DNA of 64,000 bases. Source: Callorhinchus milii. Its lineage: Eukaryota. The position numbers and the translations under genes were made by a program. This document shows, piece after piece, positions 43,849 through 57,900 of this stretch. The stretch lies in contig NW_024704765.1 in the NCBI RefSeq assembly GCF_018977255.1, positions 1,426,001-1,490,000 of the forward strand. The letters are read 5' to 3'. The notes below the pieces were generated by a model. It made no database searches, was not told the DNA's origin, and saw only the letters and a list, made by a program, of their open reading frames with translations. Numbering within the stretch: the stretch's first letter is position 1; every line of letters begins with the position of its first letter.

Positions 43849-46800
43849 TTGGAGTTGGGCTGGCCCCAAGGGGACATGTTTGGCAACAGAATGTCACTGC
43901 ATCCACCCTCTGTGAGGGTCTTAGTCTTCCAGTTCCGCAGCCCTCCAGGGTGCTGTCGATGACAACACAGCCAGCCAGGCTTGTCAGCAAGACATGGAAG
44001 ACTTAGAGGTTACTAGGGGCAGGGATTCTTCCCACTCAGCTCCTGTTAACCCTCTAAGGCAAAGCTCTGACGGGAAGGGTGGTCCTAGCTCCAGCTGTAC
44101 CCCAACTCACACTCTAAAATCTCCAAGCCTTAGTTTCACTTTGCACAGAATACTGTCTGGGATCAGGAAAGCAGGGTGCGTCCCTCTGGGGAGAGAATGA
44201 GCATTTCCTTTCAGGCACAGGTAAGTCCCCACGTGGAGGTGGTGAACATTGAACTTCCCAGGCTAGGGTTCGAGTCTGGCTTCACCAGATAACAAGTTGA
44301 GTTTGGTCGGTATTCTATTTTTAGCTACAGGTGGGGAATCTTTCCACTCAGCTCCTGTTAACTCCACAAAATGCTAGTGAGTAACAGCTGGATAATCAGA
44401 GGGAAAGCTTGCCAGATTGTGCTCTCAACGGCAAGCTAAGTGGTTTTCGCTGGTTAGACTCCAGCAGGTACCCCCAAACCCCCACAAGCCTGGGTTCTTG
44501 ACACAAATTCTCTTTAAAAGTGCTTTGAGATGTTTAGATGTCCCAGGCACCGTATCAGACCCAAGGAATATTCTTTATTATCGCTCGGTTTCCGAGTCAG
44601 TGGGCTGAAAGCTCAAATCCTCCAAGGAAGCACGTGAAGCAAAACATCCTTTCTAGCTGACTGTTTGCCGAGCGAGGACTTGGTATCCTGGGGTGGTTGT
44701 TTTTGCTTTTTTGTCCAACGGGTTTGTTTAATCCGAAGCCTTGGAAAGGATCCAGTGGGCAGTGGCGTTGAACTAATTGCAGAGTTGCAGAATTGGCTGT
44801 CGGGGCTAGCAATGGGCTGATACTACTTCACGTTCAACTCCTCGAGGTCCTGACACAGCAGAGGCTGTCAGTTTGCCCTTCATTAGCGCTCCTGCTTCAC
44901 CCTGTTTCCAAGAGGCAAAAAGCTCATCCACTCAAACTGATTGCTGTCGTTATGCTGTTTGATTGCCGAACGCGGCAACTGATGTAATTAGTTGAAACAT
45001 CCATTCTCTGGCCGTACAATACCAATAATAATCCTGACCTTCTCACAGCCCTGAGAATATCAAAACATCTCAGGGAACTTCATGTGGAATTGCCATCAGA
45101 CCACTTGACTGTTTGATTGTTGGCCAGGCTGACAGGCATTTTGTGCGCCTGGTAATGTCCCACACAGAGCCATGAGGTGAACGTTTGATTTATTTGGGGG
45201 ATTATCGGCCATGACACCCTGACCATCTTTTCTTTTCCCAATAGGGTTGCAGAATATTTAATGTCCGCCTCAACAGGAGCAGACGGGACCTTGCTTTAAT
45301 ATTTCCTCCAAAGCACGGCTTCTCCGACACTTCAGAGCTTCCCTAGGACTTTAGATACAGAAGTTGGGGAGGGGAGTGGTTGGTGCTAAGTGTGAGGGAA
45401 AAGACACTGGTTTGAGACTTCCATTCTTGATATGGAGTTGAGGTACAGATCAGCCATGATCTTATTGAATGGTACAACAGGCTTGAAGGTCTGAATGATC
45501 TCCTCCTGTTCCTATGTTCCTATGCACCCCCAGCACTGTACTAGGATGTCAGTTTAAAGTTCCAACGTGAGACGTGAACCCCAAATCTTCTGACACAGAG
45601 ACTGAGCCAGGCTGACAGCCTAACTGAATTTTGCTCTGTTTCTTATTGAAGAAATCCAAGCGGTGTGACTCCTCGCAGGGTCTCGCAGTTGATTCCAGCT
45701 CAGGGCAACTTCACTCTGGTAATAACAACAACAACAACAACAAGATTCCATTTATAAAGCGCCTTTCACCTCAGGAGGAATGGAGCCGAGGTGGTGTTTC
45801 TCCATTAAGAAACCCAGTTAAGAAATAATGCATATTTGACCCTTTCCCTTTCATTCGCGATTGCTTTGGCTGCCAGTGAGCGTCTGTGAGAGTCGAGGTG
45901 AGACCTGGCTCCGAGGAACAATAACATTCTTCAGAGGAGTTGGCATGAAATTTGTCTCATTTCGCTTTTCTGAGGAAGAAAAAAATCCATCCAGTTACCA
46001 CAGGAACTCACAGCAGGCTCGTAACTTAATGGCCTGTTTGCTTTCCTATTTGCTGCACTAACTTACCAGCAAATAAACCACCTCATATTGTGAATCTCCA
46101 CGGTAATTTCAATCATGGAATGGCCCAAATAATAATAATAATCATTGCATTTGATATAGCGCCTCATTACTTCGTTGAGAAGTCTCAAAGCGCTTCGCAG
46201 GATACATTGTAGATTGTAGTCACTGTATAGTTTGTGGGCGAAACGCGGCAGCCAATTGCACACAGCAGTGTCCCACAAACCGTCGTGGATTGAGTGACCA
46301 CGTTTTTATTTTGTTTTATTTATTTATAAGTGAGTGGGGTGGGGGTATATGCTCGGGCCGAGTTAGGTGAGCAGAAGAGTGGGAGAGAAAGTGACTGAGA
46401 TAGGTAGGTGGCTAGGACCTGATGGCATTCAGCACTCGCTCAGAACCTACACCTGTTTTGAGTCCAGCAGTTAAAACATACGGATTAAAAAGAGGAATGT
46501 TTCGGGCTAATCCATAGATATTCCAAAACAACAATCTTAGGCCTTTGAGCTGCCATGAATGAACTTGTTCTTTTGATGAACATTCTTGAAACTGGTCAAT
46601 GAGTCCGAATGCTTTGTGTTTAAAATAGCCGGGGAATTCAGTTAGACTAAATAATGGGGTTTAATTTACGGTATTAAGTGCTGTGCGCAATTGGCTGCCG
46701 CGTTTCGCCCACAAATATACTGTCAATTCACTTTACAGTATATTCTGTGAAGCGCTTTGAGTTGTCTAGAAGACGTGATAAGGAGCTATGTCAAATGCAA

Positions 46801-49800
46801 GGATTATTATTATTGTTATTACTATTATCATTATTTCTTAACAGATTTCTTAATCAAAAATGTGAAATTGTCAGAGTTCCAGCAAATACAACTTGTATTT
46901 TCAGAGACAACGGCCTTCAGATGAGACGTTAAACGAAAGGTCCCATATGTCTGTTCAGGTGGATGTTAAAGACCCATGGCGCTATTCGAAAAGAGAAGGA
47001 AGTTTCTCTCTATCAGTGTCTTGGCCAACAATCCCCCAGATAAACCAGTCAGGTCAGACACACTGAGGCTGTTGGTGGTACATTACTGTGCACAAATTGG
47101 CTGCTGTATCTACCTTTAAAATGCACAGTCACTACACTGCACAATAATTCACGTGGAAAGCTTTGAGATGTTTTGACAAGATAAATTCAGCTTCTTTCTT
47201 CTTTGTCTTCCAACCACCACAAGGACTCACACTTACACAGCACCTCTCACACACGGCCAACCTTTCAAAGTGCTTAAACACATAGTTAATGCCACTAATA
47301 AGTTGCTGGGTTGAGTAGACAGCGTTCTGATGGAGTGAGGGACTAATTCAAAACTTAAGCTGCTTTACACTCATTTCTTACTTGTGGTGTTGCATTTTGC
47401 CCGATAAAGTACATTTATGGGCAGCAGTTCAGAGTTCACGTCCGTTACCCAGATAACATAAAGCTCAGCAGGAAATCCTCTCGCTCCAGAGAGCAACAAC
47501 AACAAGAACTGAGTGGCTGCATCAGCAGCGAGGAAGGGGAGTAGGAGAGGGAGGAAGGGAAAGGGTGGGAGAGGCAGAGGAGGAGAGAAAGTGGAGGGGG
47601 AGGAGTGGGTGGGGAGGGAACTACAGGGAGATTTTGGAAGGAATAAGAGAGGTTGGTAAGAAAAAGGAGATTTGGAGTATTATAGAACATTTACAGCACA
47701 GGAGGAGGCCATTGTGTCTGTGTTGGTGCTCATTCCCCCACTGGAGTTCTCTACTCTAACCCCATTCCCTGCTCTCTCCCCATCGTATTTGTGCATTCCC
47801 CATTCCCCTGTTCTGTCCTCTGTACCCTCTATTTTCACTTAGGCAATAGCAAATGCCTCCTTTAAATGCCGTCACGGGGAAGAAGCTGGTGAGAGCACAC
47901 TGGGGCGACCGAGTTCGTCAGCCTCTGAGACGATTGTTTTTATTGCAGTGAAACACTTGCGGGAACATTCATTATTACCATTAGTGGGTAATGTACAGTT
48001 TAAGAGACGCTTATTTCCATATATTAACCTTTGGGGTGGCTGGTACGCTTGTGGTATTAACCTGTTCATGTTGCATAACCTTGAGCGAAGCATTAAATTA
48101 TTAACAGGTCCAGCAGCGAGTTATGAAACCCTCCCCAGGAGGTAGGTACTCCAGGTAGAGCAATTTACATTGTACCTCTTGCACATGACTAACGTCTCAG
48201 CTTAACAGTTACAATAGAGAGCGAGCAGAAGGAAGGGACAATGAAGATGTTAATGATTAATAATCATTGCCTTTTATATAGTGCCTTATCACAACATCGA
48301 GACGTCCCAAAGCGATTCACAGAATATACTGTATTGACCTAGCGGTTGTTAGTCGATTGGCTGATTGCTTTTCCAGGGGTAATAATCCCTTAAATAATAA
48401 TAATTTGGTCACTCAATCCATGACTGTTTTTGGGGACACTGCTGTGCAATTGGCTGCCGCGTTTCACCCACAAAATGTACAGTCAATTCACTTTACAGTA
48501 TATTATGTGAAGCTCCTTGAGACATCTCAAGGACGTGATAAGATGCTGTATCAAATACAAGAATTCTTATTACTATTATATTAAGCCAAACTACAGTTTC
48601 CTTGAGATGCCAAACATTTCAGTACAATTTCAGTTTTGTGGCGTAAAAACATTCACGGGCAAATGTGTGGTGCTCTCAGTGTTCTCTCAGGTCTTCCCCT
48701 GGCTTCCCACACAACAGGGAGGTGGAGAGCAGATCTGACAGAGGTTTACATAGATTGTACAGCAAGGAAACAGGCCATTCAGCCCAAGTAGTCCTGGTGT
48801 TTTTGCTCCACAAAACATTGTGCTAAATAGAGTAATTAAGGGTAAAGGTAAATTGGTGAGGTACGTAGGGAGAATTTATTGCCACTGTGTAAGTCAGATT
48901 GAGTTCTGGAGAGCGGGGACTAAATGGCTGAAAACCCACCCTCCGATTGTGGGATAGTGAGGGAGAGGGATGTGAAACAAGATGCCCACAGTGTGAGAGG
49001 AGTGGCCAAATTGGTGAGGTAATTACTGTCAAGTGTAGTGACTGTTATTTGTAGGTACCAATCACAGTGGTCCGTTTACACACAAGAAGATTCCACAAAC
49101 AGCCGTGTGGCGAATGACCAATTAATCTGGAGGTTTGAAGAGATCGAAATGAAATGAGCTGATGGTGATCACTGACATTAATTACTCATTTAGTAATTTC
49201 ATCCCCGGGAGGGTTGCGATTTCCCCCATTATCATTGTAGTTTCGCCTCATTGTGAGCATTAATAGCTGACATTACTGCAGGAAATAATGTGCCTGTGAT
49301 CCCTTAAAGGGAATTTGGCAACGTTCCAAGCCCATGGCCAACCTCAACTGAACACACACGTAGACAATGATACGAGAAAACGCTGTGTACGTTATATCAA
49401 AATGGGGAACAACAACAATAATATAACTTATAATAACAATAACATATAATTACACTTAACCAACACCTTTCATGTCGGTAAGACATCGCAAAGCATTTCA
49501 CAGGATATAGTGTAAAAGAGTGATTCATGTAAATTTCTGTATAATTTGCAGATGAACACAGCAGCCACTGGCGTACAGTAAAATCCTACAAACGCTATGA
49601 AGTGGGTGACCAATTTTTCTGGTGGATTGTTGTCCAGGGCACCAGGAGAAAGAGAGAGAGAAACCCCCTTCTCTTTTCCAATAGTGCTCTGGGATCTTTA
49701 AACCCCTGAACAGGAAAAATGGAACCTTGGTTTAATGCCTCACTCAAAGGATGGCATCTCCAAACATGCAATGCTGGGTGTGTAGGGAACCTGGGCTCCT

Positions 49801-50404
49801 CCATCATCACAAGAGATCCCAGCATAACATGGACAAGGGAGCCTTGCAACCAATAGTTGAGGCACTGGTAATAAAATAATAATAATAATCCTTGCATTTG
49901 ATGTAGCGCCTCATTACGTCTTGTAGACATCTCAAAGCGCTTCACAGGGTAAAACTGTTCAGCTGAGATGGTGGAAATCCCACTTTGGTTACTAGTTGCC
50001 ATCAGGGCAGAGAGAGGGAGTGTTCCTGCAAGTCATAAGGAGTCAATCACCAGATCTCAGTGGTTCTCTGCTGCAGATGTGCGAGGGCTGTGGTGGGTGA
50101 GAATGAAGTTGCTTTGGTTTGGCTCTCTCTGGGGTAGGAATCAATCAACAGATTAGCTCCACACAGCCAAACTCTCACCAGTCTCCCCCCAGTCACTGCC
50201 CTGTCGGGTCCTGAGGCAGAGAGAGAGGCACAGAGCTGCACATGAGGGGCCGGACCTCAACACTGACTTTCGTGGAGAGGAACTGGACTGAGGGACGAGG
50301 AGAAGCGCTGTGTGTGAGTGGTGTATATGAGTGTGTGTGAGAGAGGGAGAGGACAGGGAGTGTGTTACAGAGAAGCTGTGGGTGTGTGAACGTGTCTGAG
50401 GCTG

Positions 50405-51390
50405 TGTGTGTGCGTCTGGGGGGAGGTTGTGTCTGTGTGTGTGTGGGGGGGTGTCAGTGTCAGTGTGTGTGGGGGGGGTGAGTGTCAGTGTGTGTGTGGG
50501 GGGGGGGAGAGTGTCAGTGTGTGTGTGTGGGGGGGTGTCAGTGTGTGTGTGTGTGGGGGGGGGGTTAGTGTCAGTGTGTGTGTGGGGGGGGGAGAGTGTC
50601 AGTGTGTGTGTGTGGGGGGTGTCAGTGTGTGTGTGGGGGGGGGGGAGTGTCAGTGTGTGTGTGGGGGGGGGTGTCAGTGTGTGTGTGGGGGGGGGGTGAG
50701 TGTCAGGGTGTGTGGGGGGGGGGATGTCAGTGTGTGTGTGTGGGGGATGTCAGTGTGTGTGTGGGGGGGGGTGAGTGTCAGTGTGTGTGTGGGGGGGGGA
50801 GAGTGTCAGTGTGTGTGTGTGGGGGGTGTCAGTGTGTGTGTGTGTGGGGGGGGGGGTGAGTGTCAGTGTGTGTGTGTGGGGGGGTGTCAGTGTCAGTGTG
50901 TGTGTGGGGGGGAGAGTGAGTGTCAGTGTGTGTGAAGGTGTGTGAGTGTGTTAGAGTGTCTGGAGAGGTTGTGTCAGTGTGAGTGTGTGTGTCTGAGGGT
51001 GAGTTTGTGTGTTTGGGGAGGACTGTATGTGTGTGTTTCTGAGGGAGGGACAGGGAGTGTGTGAGTGTGTCTGTAGGTGAGTGTTTCTGTGTGTGTGTGT
51101 GAGTGTGTGGGAGGGACAGGGAGTGTGTCTGAGGAAGGGACAGGGAGTGTGTGAGTGAGTGTGTGTGAGAGTCTGAGTGCGCCTGTGTGTGTGAGGGTGT
51201 CTGTGAGTGAGTGTGTGTGTCTCTGAGTGTGCGTGTGAGGGGTGGGGGTGTGTGAGTGTGTGTGAGTGAGTGTGAGGGGTGTGTGTGCCTGTGTGAGTGA
51301 GGGGGTGGGGGTGTGTGTGTTTGAGTGTGAGGTGAGGGGTGGGGGTGTGAGTGTGGGGGGGTGTGAGTGTGTGTGTGTGTGAGGAGGGGG
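50405..51390. repeat. GT/G-rich minisatellite and low-complexity tract upstream of CLDN19
   Basis: GTGTCAGTGTGTGTGTGGGGGG units followed by degenerate (GT/GA)n. Confidence 0.9.
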
Positions 51391-51967
51391 GTGGGCAGGG
51401 CAGGGCAGTGGTGGGCAGGGCAGGGGGGGCAGGGCTGGGCAGGGCAGTGGTGNNNNNNNNNNNNNNNNNNNNNNNNNNNNNNNNNNNNNNNNNNNNNNNN
51501 NNNNNNNNNNNNNNNNNNNNNNNNNNNNNNNNNNNNNNNNNNNNNNNNNNNNNNNNNNNNNNNNNNNNNNNNNNNNNNNNNNNNNNNNNNNNNNNNNNNN
51601 NNNNNNGGCAGGGGGGGCAGGGGGGGCAGGGCAGGGCAGGGCAGGGGGCAGGGCAGGGCAGGGGGCAGGGCAGTGGTGGGCAGGGCAGGGCTGGGCAGGG
51701 CAGTGGTGGGCAGGGCAGTGGTGGGCAGGGCAGGGGGGGCAGGGCAGGGCAGGGCTGGGCAGGGGGGCAGGGCAGGGCTGGGCAGGGGGGCAGGGCAGTG
51801 GTGGGCAGGGCAGTGGTGGGCAGGGCTGGGCAGGGCAGGGCTGGGCAGGGGGGCAGGGCAGGGCTGGGCAGGGGGGGCAGGGCAGTGGTGGGCAGGGCAG
51901 TGGTGGGCAGGGCTGGGCAGGGCAGGGCTGGGCAGGGGGGGCAGGGCAGGGCAGGGCAGGGCAGGGC
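51391..51967. repeat. (GGGCA)n-based G-rich satellite abutting the CLDN19 ATG; contains an N gap
   Basis: GGGCA/GGGCT/GTGGT units run directly into ...cagggcATGG. Confidence 0.95.
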
Positions 51968-54900
51968 ATGGCGGGCTGGGGGTCTCAGCTGGTGGGGTAT
52001 GTGCTGGGGGTCGGGGGGTGGATGGCCATCATCTCGAGCACTGCGCAGCCGCAGTGGAAACAATCCTCTTACGCCGGAGACGCGATCATCACCGCTGTGG
52101 CTCTGTATGAGGGACTGTGGATGTCCTGCGCTTCCCAGAGCACCGGACAAGTGCAGTGCAAACTGTACGACTCACTCTTATCTCTGGNNNNNNNNNNNNN
52201 NNNNNNNNNNNNNNNNNNNNNNNNNNNNNNNNNNNNNNNNNNNNNNNNNNNNNNNNNNNNNNNNNNNNNNNNNNNNNNNNNNNNNNNNNNNNNNNNNNNN
52301 NNNNNNNNNNNNNNNNNNNNNNNNNNNNNNNNNNNNNNNNNNNNNNNNNNNNNNNNNNNNNNNNNNNNNNNNNNNNNNNNNNNNNNNNNNNNNNNNNNNN
52401 NNNNNNNNNNNNNNNNNNNNNNNNNNNNNNNNNNNNNNNNNNNNNNNNNNNNNNNNNNNNNNNNNNNNNNNNNNNNNNNNNNNNNNNNNNNNNNNNNNNN
52501 NNNNNNNNNNNNNNNNNNNNNNNNNNNNNNNNNNNNNNNNNNNNNNNNNNNNNNNNNNNNNNNNNNNNNNNNNNNNNNNNNNNNNNNNNNNNNNNNNNNN
52601 NNNNNNNNNNNNNNNNNNNNNNNNNNNNNNNNNNNNNNNNNNNNNNNNNNNNNNNNNNNNNNNNNNNNNNNNNNNNNNNNNNNNNNNNNNNNNNNNNNNN
52701 NNNNNNNNNNNNNNNNNNNNNNNNNNNNNNNNNNNNNNNNNNNNNNNNNNNNNNNNNNNNNNNNNNNNNNNNNNNNNNNNNNNNNNNNNNNNNNNNNNNN
52801 NNNNNNNNNNNNNNNNNNNNNNNNNNNNNNNNNNNNNNNNNNNNNNNNNNNNNNNNNNNNNNNNNNNNNNNNNNNNNNNNNNNNNNNNNNNNNNNNNNNN
52901 NNNNNNNNNNNNNNNNNNNNNNNNNNNNNNNNNNNNNNNNNNNNNNNNNNNNNNNNNNNNNNNNNNNNNNNNNNNNNNNNNNNNNNNNNNNNNNNNNNNN
53001 NNNNNNNNNNNNNNNNNNNNNNNNNNNNNNNNNNNNNNNNNNNNNNNNNNNNNNNNNNNNNNNNNNNNNNNNNNNNNNNNNNNNNNNNNNNNNNNNNNNN
53101 NNNNNNNNNNNNNNNNNNNNNNNNNNNCCTCCCCCCCCCCTCCCCCCACACACACACATTATTCATTTCAATTTCTTTTTGCGTAAAATTAGCCAAATCT
53201 GGAGAACCGTTCAGTAAAGTAAACAGGAAAATCAACAGAATAAACTTCTCTGTTATAGAACAGAGAGAAACTCTGAGCACTGCACTGACTAACTCACACT
53301 GATCACATTATAATATAAAACATTATTATGTATAATAGTCTATATGTTATATTTACAACATTTTATTGTATAATTAACTAATTTTTGATTGATTTTAAAC
53401 ATCCCAAGTGGCATTTTCTTTTTTTAAAAAAAATCAGTGATTCAAACCGTTCCTTGTTTTTGTTTCATAAAGTAAATTATTATTATTTTGGGGGGTGGGG
53501 TGGGGGGGAGATTATTTCTACTATAATTATCATCAATATTGTGGTTCTGACCTGCCGAGTGGTGGGGGTGAGACTGACACAACAACAACAAAACTCCCTT
53601 TTATTCCACGTGCAATGGATAAGTTGTTGTTTATTTTGGGGGAGGAATAACGCACAAAATGGACAAACTGGTGTTTTGGCTAATTTTACGCGAAAGAAAA
53701 TTAAAATGCATATAGTAATAATAATCCTCGCATTTGATAAAATGCCTTATCACGTCTTCACAGGAAAGCATATTGACTGTATATTTTGTGGGCATATGGG
53801 GTGGGGTAAGGACTCCAGGATATCAAATTAGATTAAGTGATCTGATAAATAATCACCGATATCAAGTATAATATTGATCCATTTTGAGTGAACTCGTTAA
53901 GTTTTGTATAGAGCTCTCACTTCTGAGTTGGCTCGTGTGTTCAAGCCCCATTTTGATCTGGAACCCTTATAGACTGGACCGACTCTCCTGGTGTCCTGCC
54001 AACAATCGTTTATTCACTTCATGGTTGTTTGGGGGACGTTTCTGTGCGCAAATTGACTGGACCTCCATCCCACGATCGCTTCACCTCACTTCCTCCCTCG
54101 CCTCCTTCAAGGCCGGTCTCAAGACCCTTCTCTTCGATCGTGCCTTTGGTCTCCCTCCCACCTCTCTGCCTTCCCTCACCCCTACACCATCCCTCCCCCA
54201 TGCTCAGGCCCGACACCTGACTGTTCAGCACTTTGGGACGTCCTCCCGACGTGAAAAGGGCTCTATAAATGTCATTTTGATGTTGGTGTTGTTGACAATG
54301 TGATGAGGCTCTGTATCAAATGCAAGAATTATTATTATTATTATCTGGTACTCAGCACCTGCTAATGTTAATACTGTTCAGAGTTTCTCTCTTCTGATTG
54401 AGAAGTTTATTCTGCTGATTTTTTTCCAGCGTTTTTTGTGCAGATCAAAACATCCTCCATACACTGCATTGGCTGTTTGTGCAGATATGTTGTGTGATAA
54501 AATAGCCACAGCATTCGGCTGGAGTCACTGTGCTTGACAGATATTACTCTAAAGTGTTTGAGGGTGTTTTGGGGTTTGGGTTGTTGAGGAGCTGTAACTC
54601 TCCCATGCAGTGTTCAGAGGAGTGCTGCGTGGTTGGCGTGATGTCCTCAAGATGAACTGTAAATTGAGGTCCTGTTGGGGGTGTATGACAAAGCTTGCCG
54701 CACTCATGGCAAAGAGGACAGCGTTTCTCTGCTCACTAACTCACTAACTCACTCACTCATTAAAACGTTAAACCGAGATCCTGTCTGCGCCCGTTCAGGT
54801 GGTCGTTAAAGATCCTGTGGCTTCTATTCGAAAAGAGAAGGGAATTTCTTCATCCCTGTGTTCTGGCCAACAACACCAACAGATATTTTTTAAAAATGGG

Positions 54901-57900
54901 TCACTCACCCCATGGGACATTGCTGTGAGCAACTAGTTGCTATGATTCGCCTATAAAATTCACCTCACTTTAGAGTGAAGCGCTTTGAGATGTCTTAACG
55001 ATGCGATAAGGCGCTACATCAAATGTAAAAAATAATATTATGAACACAGGAGTTATTCAGAGTGTTTTGTGTTTAGCGCACATACAGGCATCCAGAGCTC
55101 TGATGGTCCTGGCTATTGTCCTGGGATTCCTTGCTGTGATTGTCAGTGTGGTGGGGATGAAATGTACCAAAGTGGGAGACAACGCTCCAGTCATCAAGAG
55201 CCGTATCGCGGTGGCGGGAGGCATTCTGTTCCTTAGCGCTGGTAAGTATTTTGTCTTGTTTTTAATAAGGCCACGTTAAATATCAGATCTCTTCTAGAAC
55301 ATAAGAATTAGGAGCAGGAGTCGGCCAGTCGGCCCCTGAAGCCTGTGCCCCGCCATTTGATAAGATCATGGCTGATCTTCAGACCTAACTCTAATTACCT
55401 GCCCTGTCCCCATATCCCCTAATCCCTCTATTTTTTTAAAAATCTATCAGTCTCAGCCTTGAAGATGTTCAAGAACTGAGCGTCTACAGCCTTCTGGGGG
55501 AGTGAATCCCATAAATTCACTACTCTCTGAGTGTAGAAATGTTCCCTCAACTCTGTTCTAAAAGGCTGACCCTTAATTTTCAGACTGTGACCCCCGGTTA
55601 TAGATTCTGCTGCTTGAGATGTGACCAGTCAACATGTTGTAGCAATGTGTAGTGTCAGTCTGTGGCTCAGTCACTGACGCTCTCGCCCCTGGGTGGGAAG
55701 GTCATGGGTTCGAGCCCTGCATTGGGACTTGATCCCTCAGTCTAGGCTGACACTCCAGTGCGATGCTGGGGGGCAGGGGGCTGGGGGGAAGGATGGTCAC
55801 AGGTGCCATCCTTCAGATGAGATGTTATGTTGAAGTCTGCCTGTTTAGGAGGATGTTTAAGATCCGGTGACTATCTGAAAAGAGAAGGGCCTCAGTTAAA
55901 AAACAGCTTGATGCTGTAATAGGGAGGATGGGATGGTACGGTTTGGGATTGTGGGAGCAAGTGGGCTGAAGAGACCTCTCCTTGTGAGCCTGTGTTGTGA
56001 TCTTGTGATTGAAGGTCAAACGGAGCCCTGACCTCCCCGCCTCGTGTATCTCCACAGGATTCTGCACTCTGGTGGCCGTTTCCTGGTACGCGGCCAAAAT
56101 CACCAATGACTTCTTCGATCCCTTTACCCCCATCAACGCCAGGTATCTCTGAACTCGCCTTTAATCCCTCACCGCTGGCTAACATCTCTCTTGTCGCTGC
56201 CTCATCCCACAAGTTGAAATTCCTTCCAGATTTTTTGCTTTTTTTTATTTTACATTTTTTTAAATTTAGTGTGTCCGGTTATTTTCTCAAATCATCTCCC
56301 TCGCTGCCATCCGCCTCTCTGTTCCTGATCTGGCCGCACACCCCCTTGGGCTGCAGCTTCATGGGCGCTGGTTGCCCTCCAGTGCACACCTCCCTCCCCC
56401 TCCGCCTGCCTGCCCGGGCATTATTCATGTGCGGAGCCTTGACCAGTGGCTGTTGGCAGGTTATTCAACTGTATAACTCCGGCACAGAGGAGCCTGACAC
56501 ATATGCCACATATGCGCTCAGCCAGTAGAGGGTGCCATAAAGGGTCCAGGACCGGGAAGCCTGGCTGGTTTCACCTTCCCTGACGTGGGATAGCCGTGGG
56601 CCAGAGCCAATTTAACATCCAAACACACGTGGAGTCCTGTATCTCAGTGGTTAGAGCACTCGCCCTTCAAACGAAAGGACTGGAATCAATTTCCATCTGA
56701 GCGAAACATTAGGCAAGATTCCTTACTCTTTTTACAGAGCAGTAAGTAGGAACCCGGTTGTTAGTCGATTAGCGGATCGCTTTTCCGGGGGTAATAATCT
56801 CTTCACAATGGAACTTCTCAGCAATATGATAAGGCGCTGTATCAAATGCAAGGTTTATTATGTTGTGAATTATGGGGACTTGATCTCACATATGGATCTG
56901 TTGATTTTATGAACTTTGACCTCTTGCTTTCCTCTTCCCCCCCCCCCCAACACCATCCACAGGTATGAGTTTGGTTCAGCCCTGTTTGTGGGGTGGGCGG
57001 CAGCACTTCTTACCTCATTGGGGGGGTCGTTCCTGTGCTGTTCATGCCCCAAGGAGGAGCAAAGAGGCCAGATGTACTACAGATCATCTCAGCCCTCCAC
57101 AGTCAGAGAGTACGTGAACAGTAAACTTTATCTATCGTCACTTTTAAAGCCATTTCTTGGTGATGTTCAGTGTTCAATATGAGGCTAGAAGCCTCATATA
57201 TATATATGTTTAATTATATATATATAGTAAATCTGTTCACATTTCCCATACTTTGCAAAATACCACAAAAAAAATCTTTAGACATTAAAAAAGATACACA
57301 GATGATCTATCGAACTTCATGCTTCTGTTACAACAAGAAGAACAACAAATTGCATTTATAAAGCACCTTTCGTGTCCAGCGGATGTCCCAAGGCTCTGGA
57401 CACGAAAGGTGCTTTATAAATGCAATTTGTTGTTCTTGTTGAGAGTTTGCATGGGTGCTGAAGACGGGATTCAAAAGGGGTGCTCAGGTGGGAAGGTGAC
57501 CGAAGGCCCAATTGCCAATGATAGGGCGGGGGAACATGGAGAAGGTCAGTGCCTGCTGAATGGAGGGAGCAGGCAGTTTGGTAGCCTATTAGAAGGTCAC
57601 AGAAGTAGCGAGTCTCGAGAACGTGGAGGGCTTTGAAAGCGAGCACAAGGATCTTGAACTTGATCCTCTGGGGGATGGGTAGCCAGTGGAGCCGGATGAG
57701 GGTGGGGGTGATGGGGTCATGGAGACTACTGAAGGAGAGGACACAAGCTGCAGAGTTCTGGATGATCCGTAGCTTGTAGAGGAAAGCGTTAGGAAGGTTG
57801 GGCGCATGTAGTGGTCCATTTAAGCTGAATGTCAATGCCGTCTTGTCAAGGCCTCTGGATGTCTGAGGCCATCCTCATTGTCTCTTTCCTGCAGGTGAGT

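Noticed and set aside
50406-53302. ORFs of 300-600 aa around CLDN19 exon 1
   Set aside because: Produced by G-rich repeats and N gaps; only 51968-52187 is real coding sequence.
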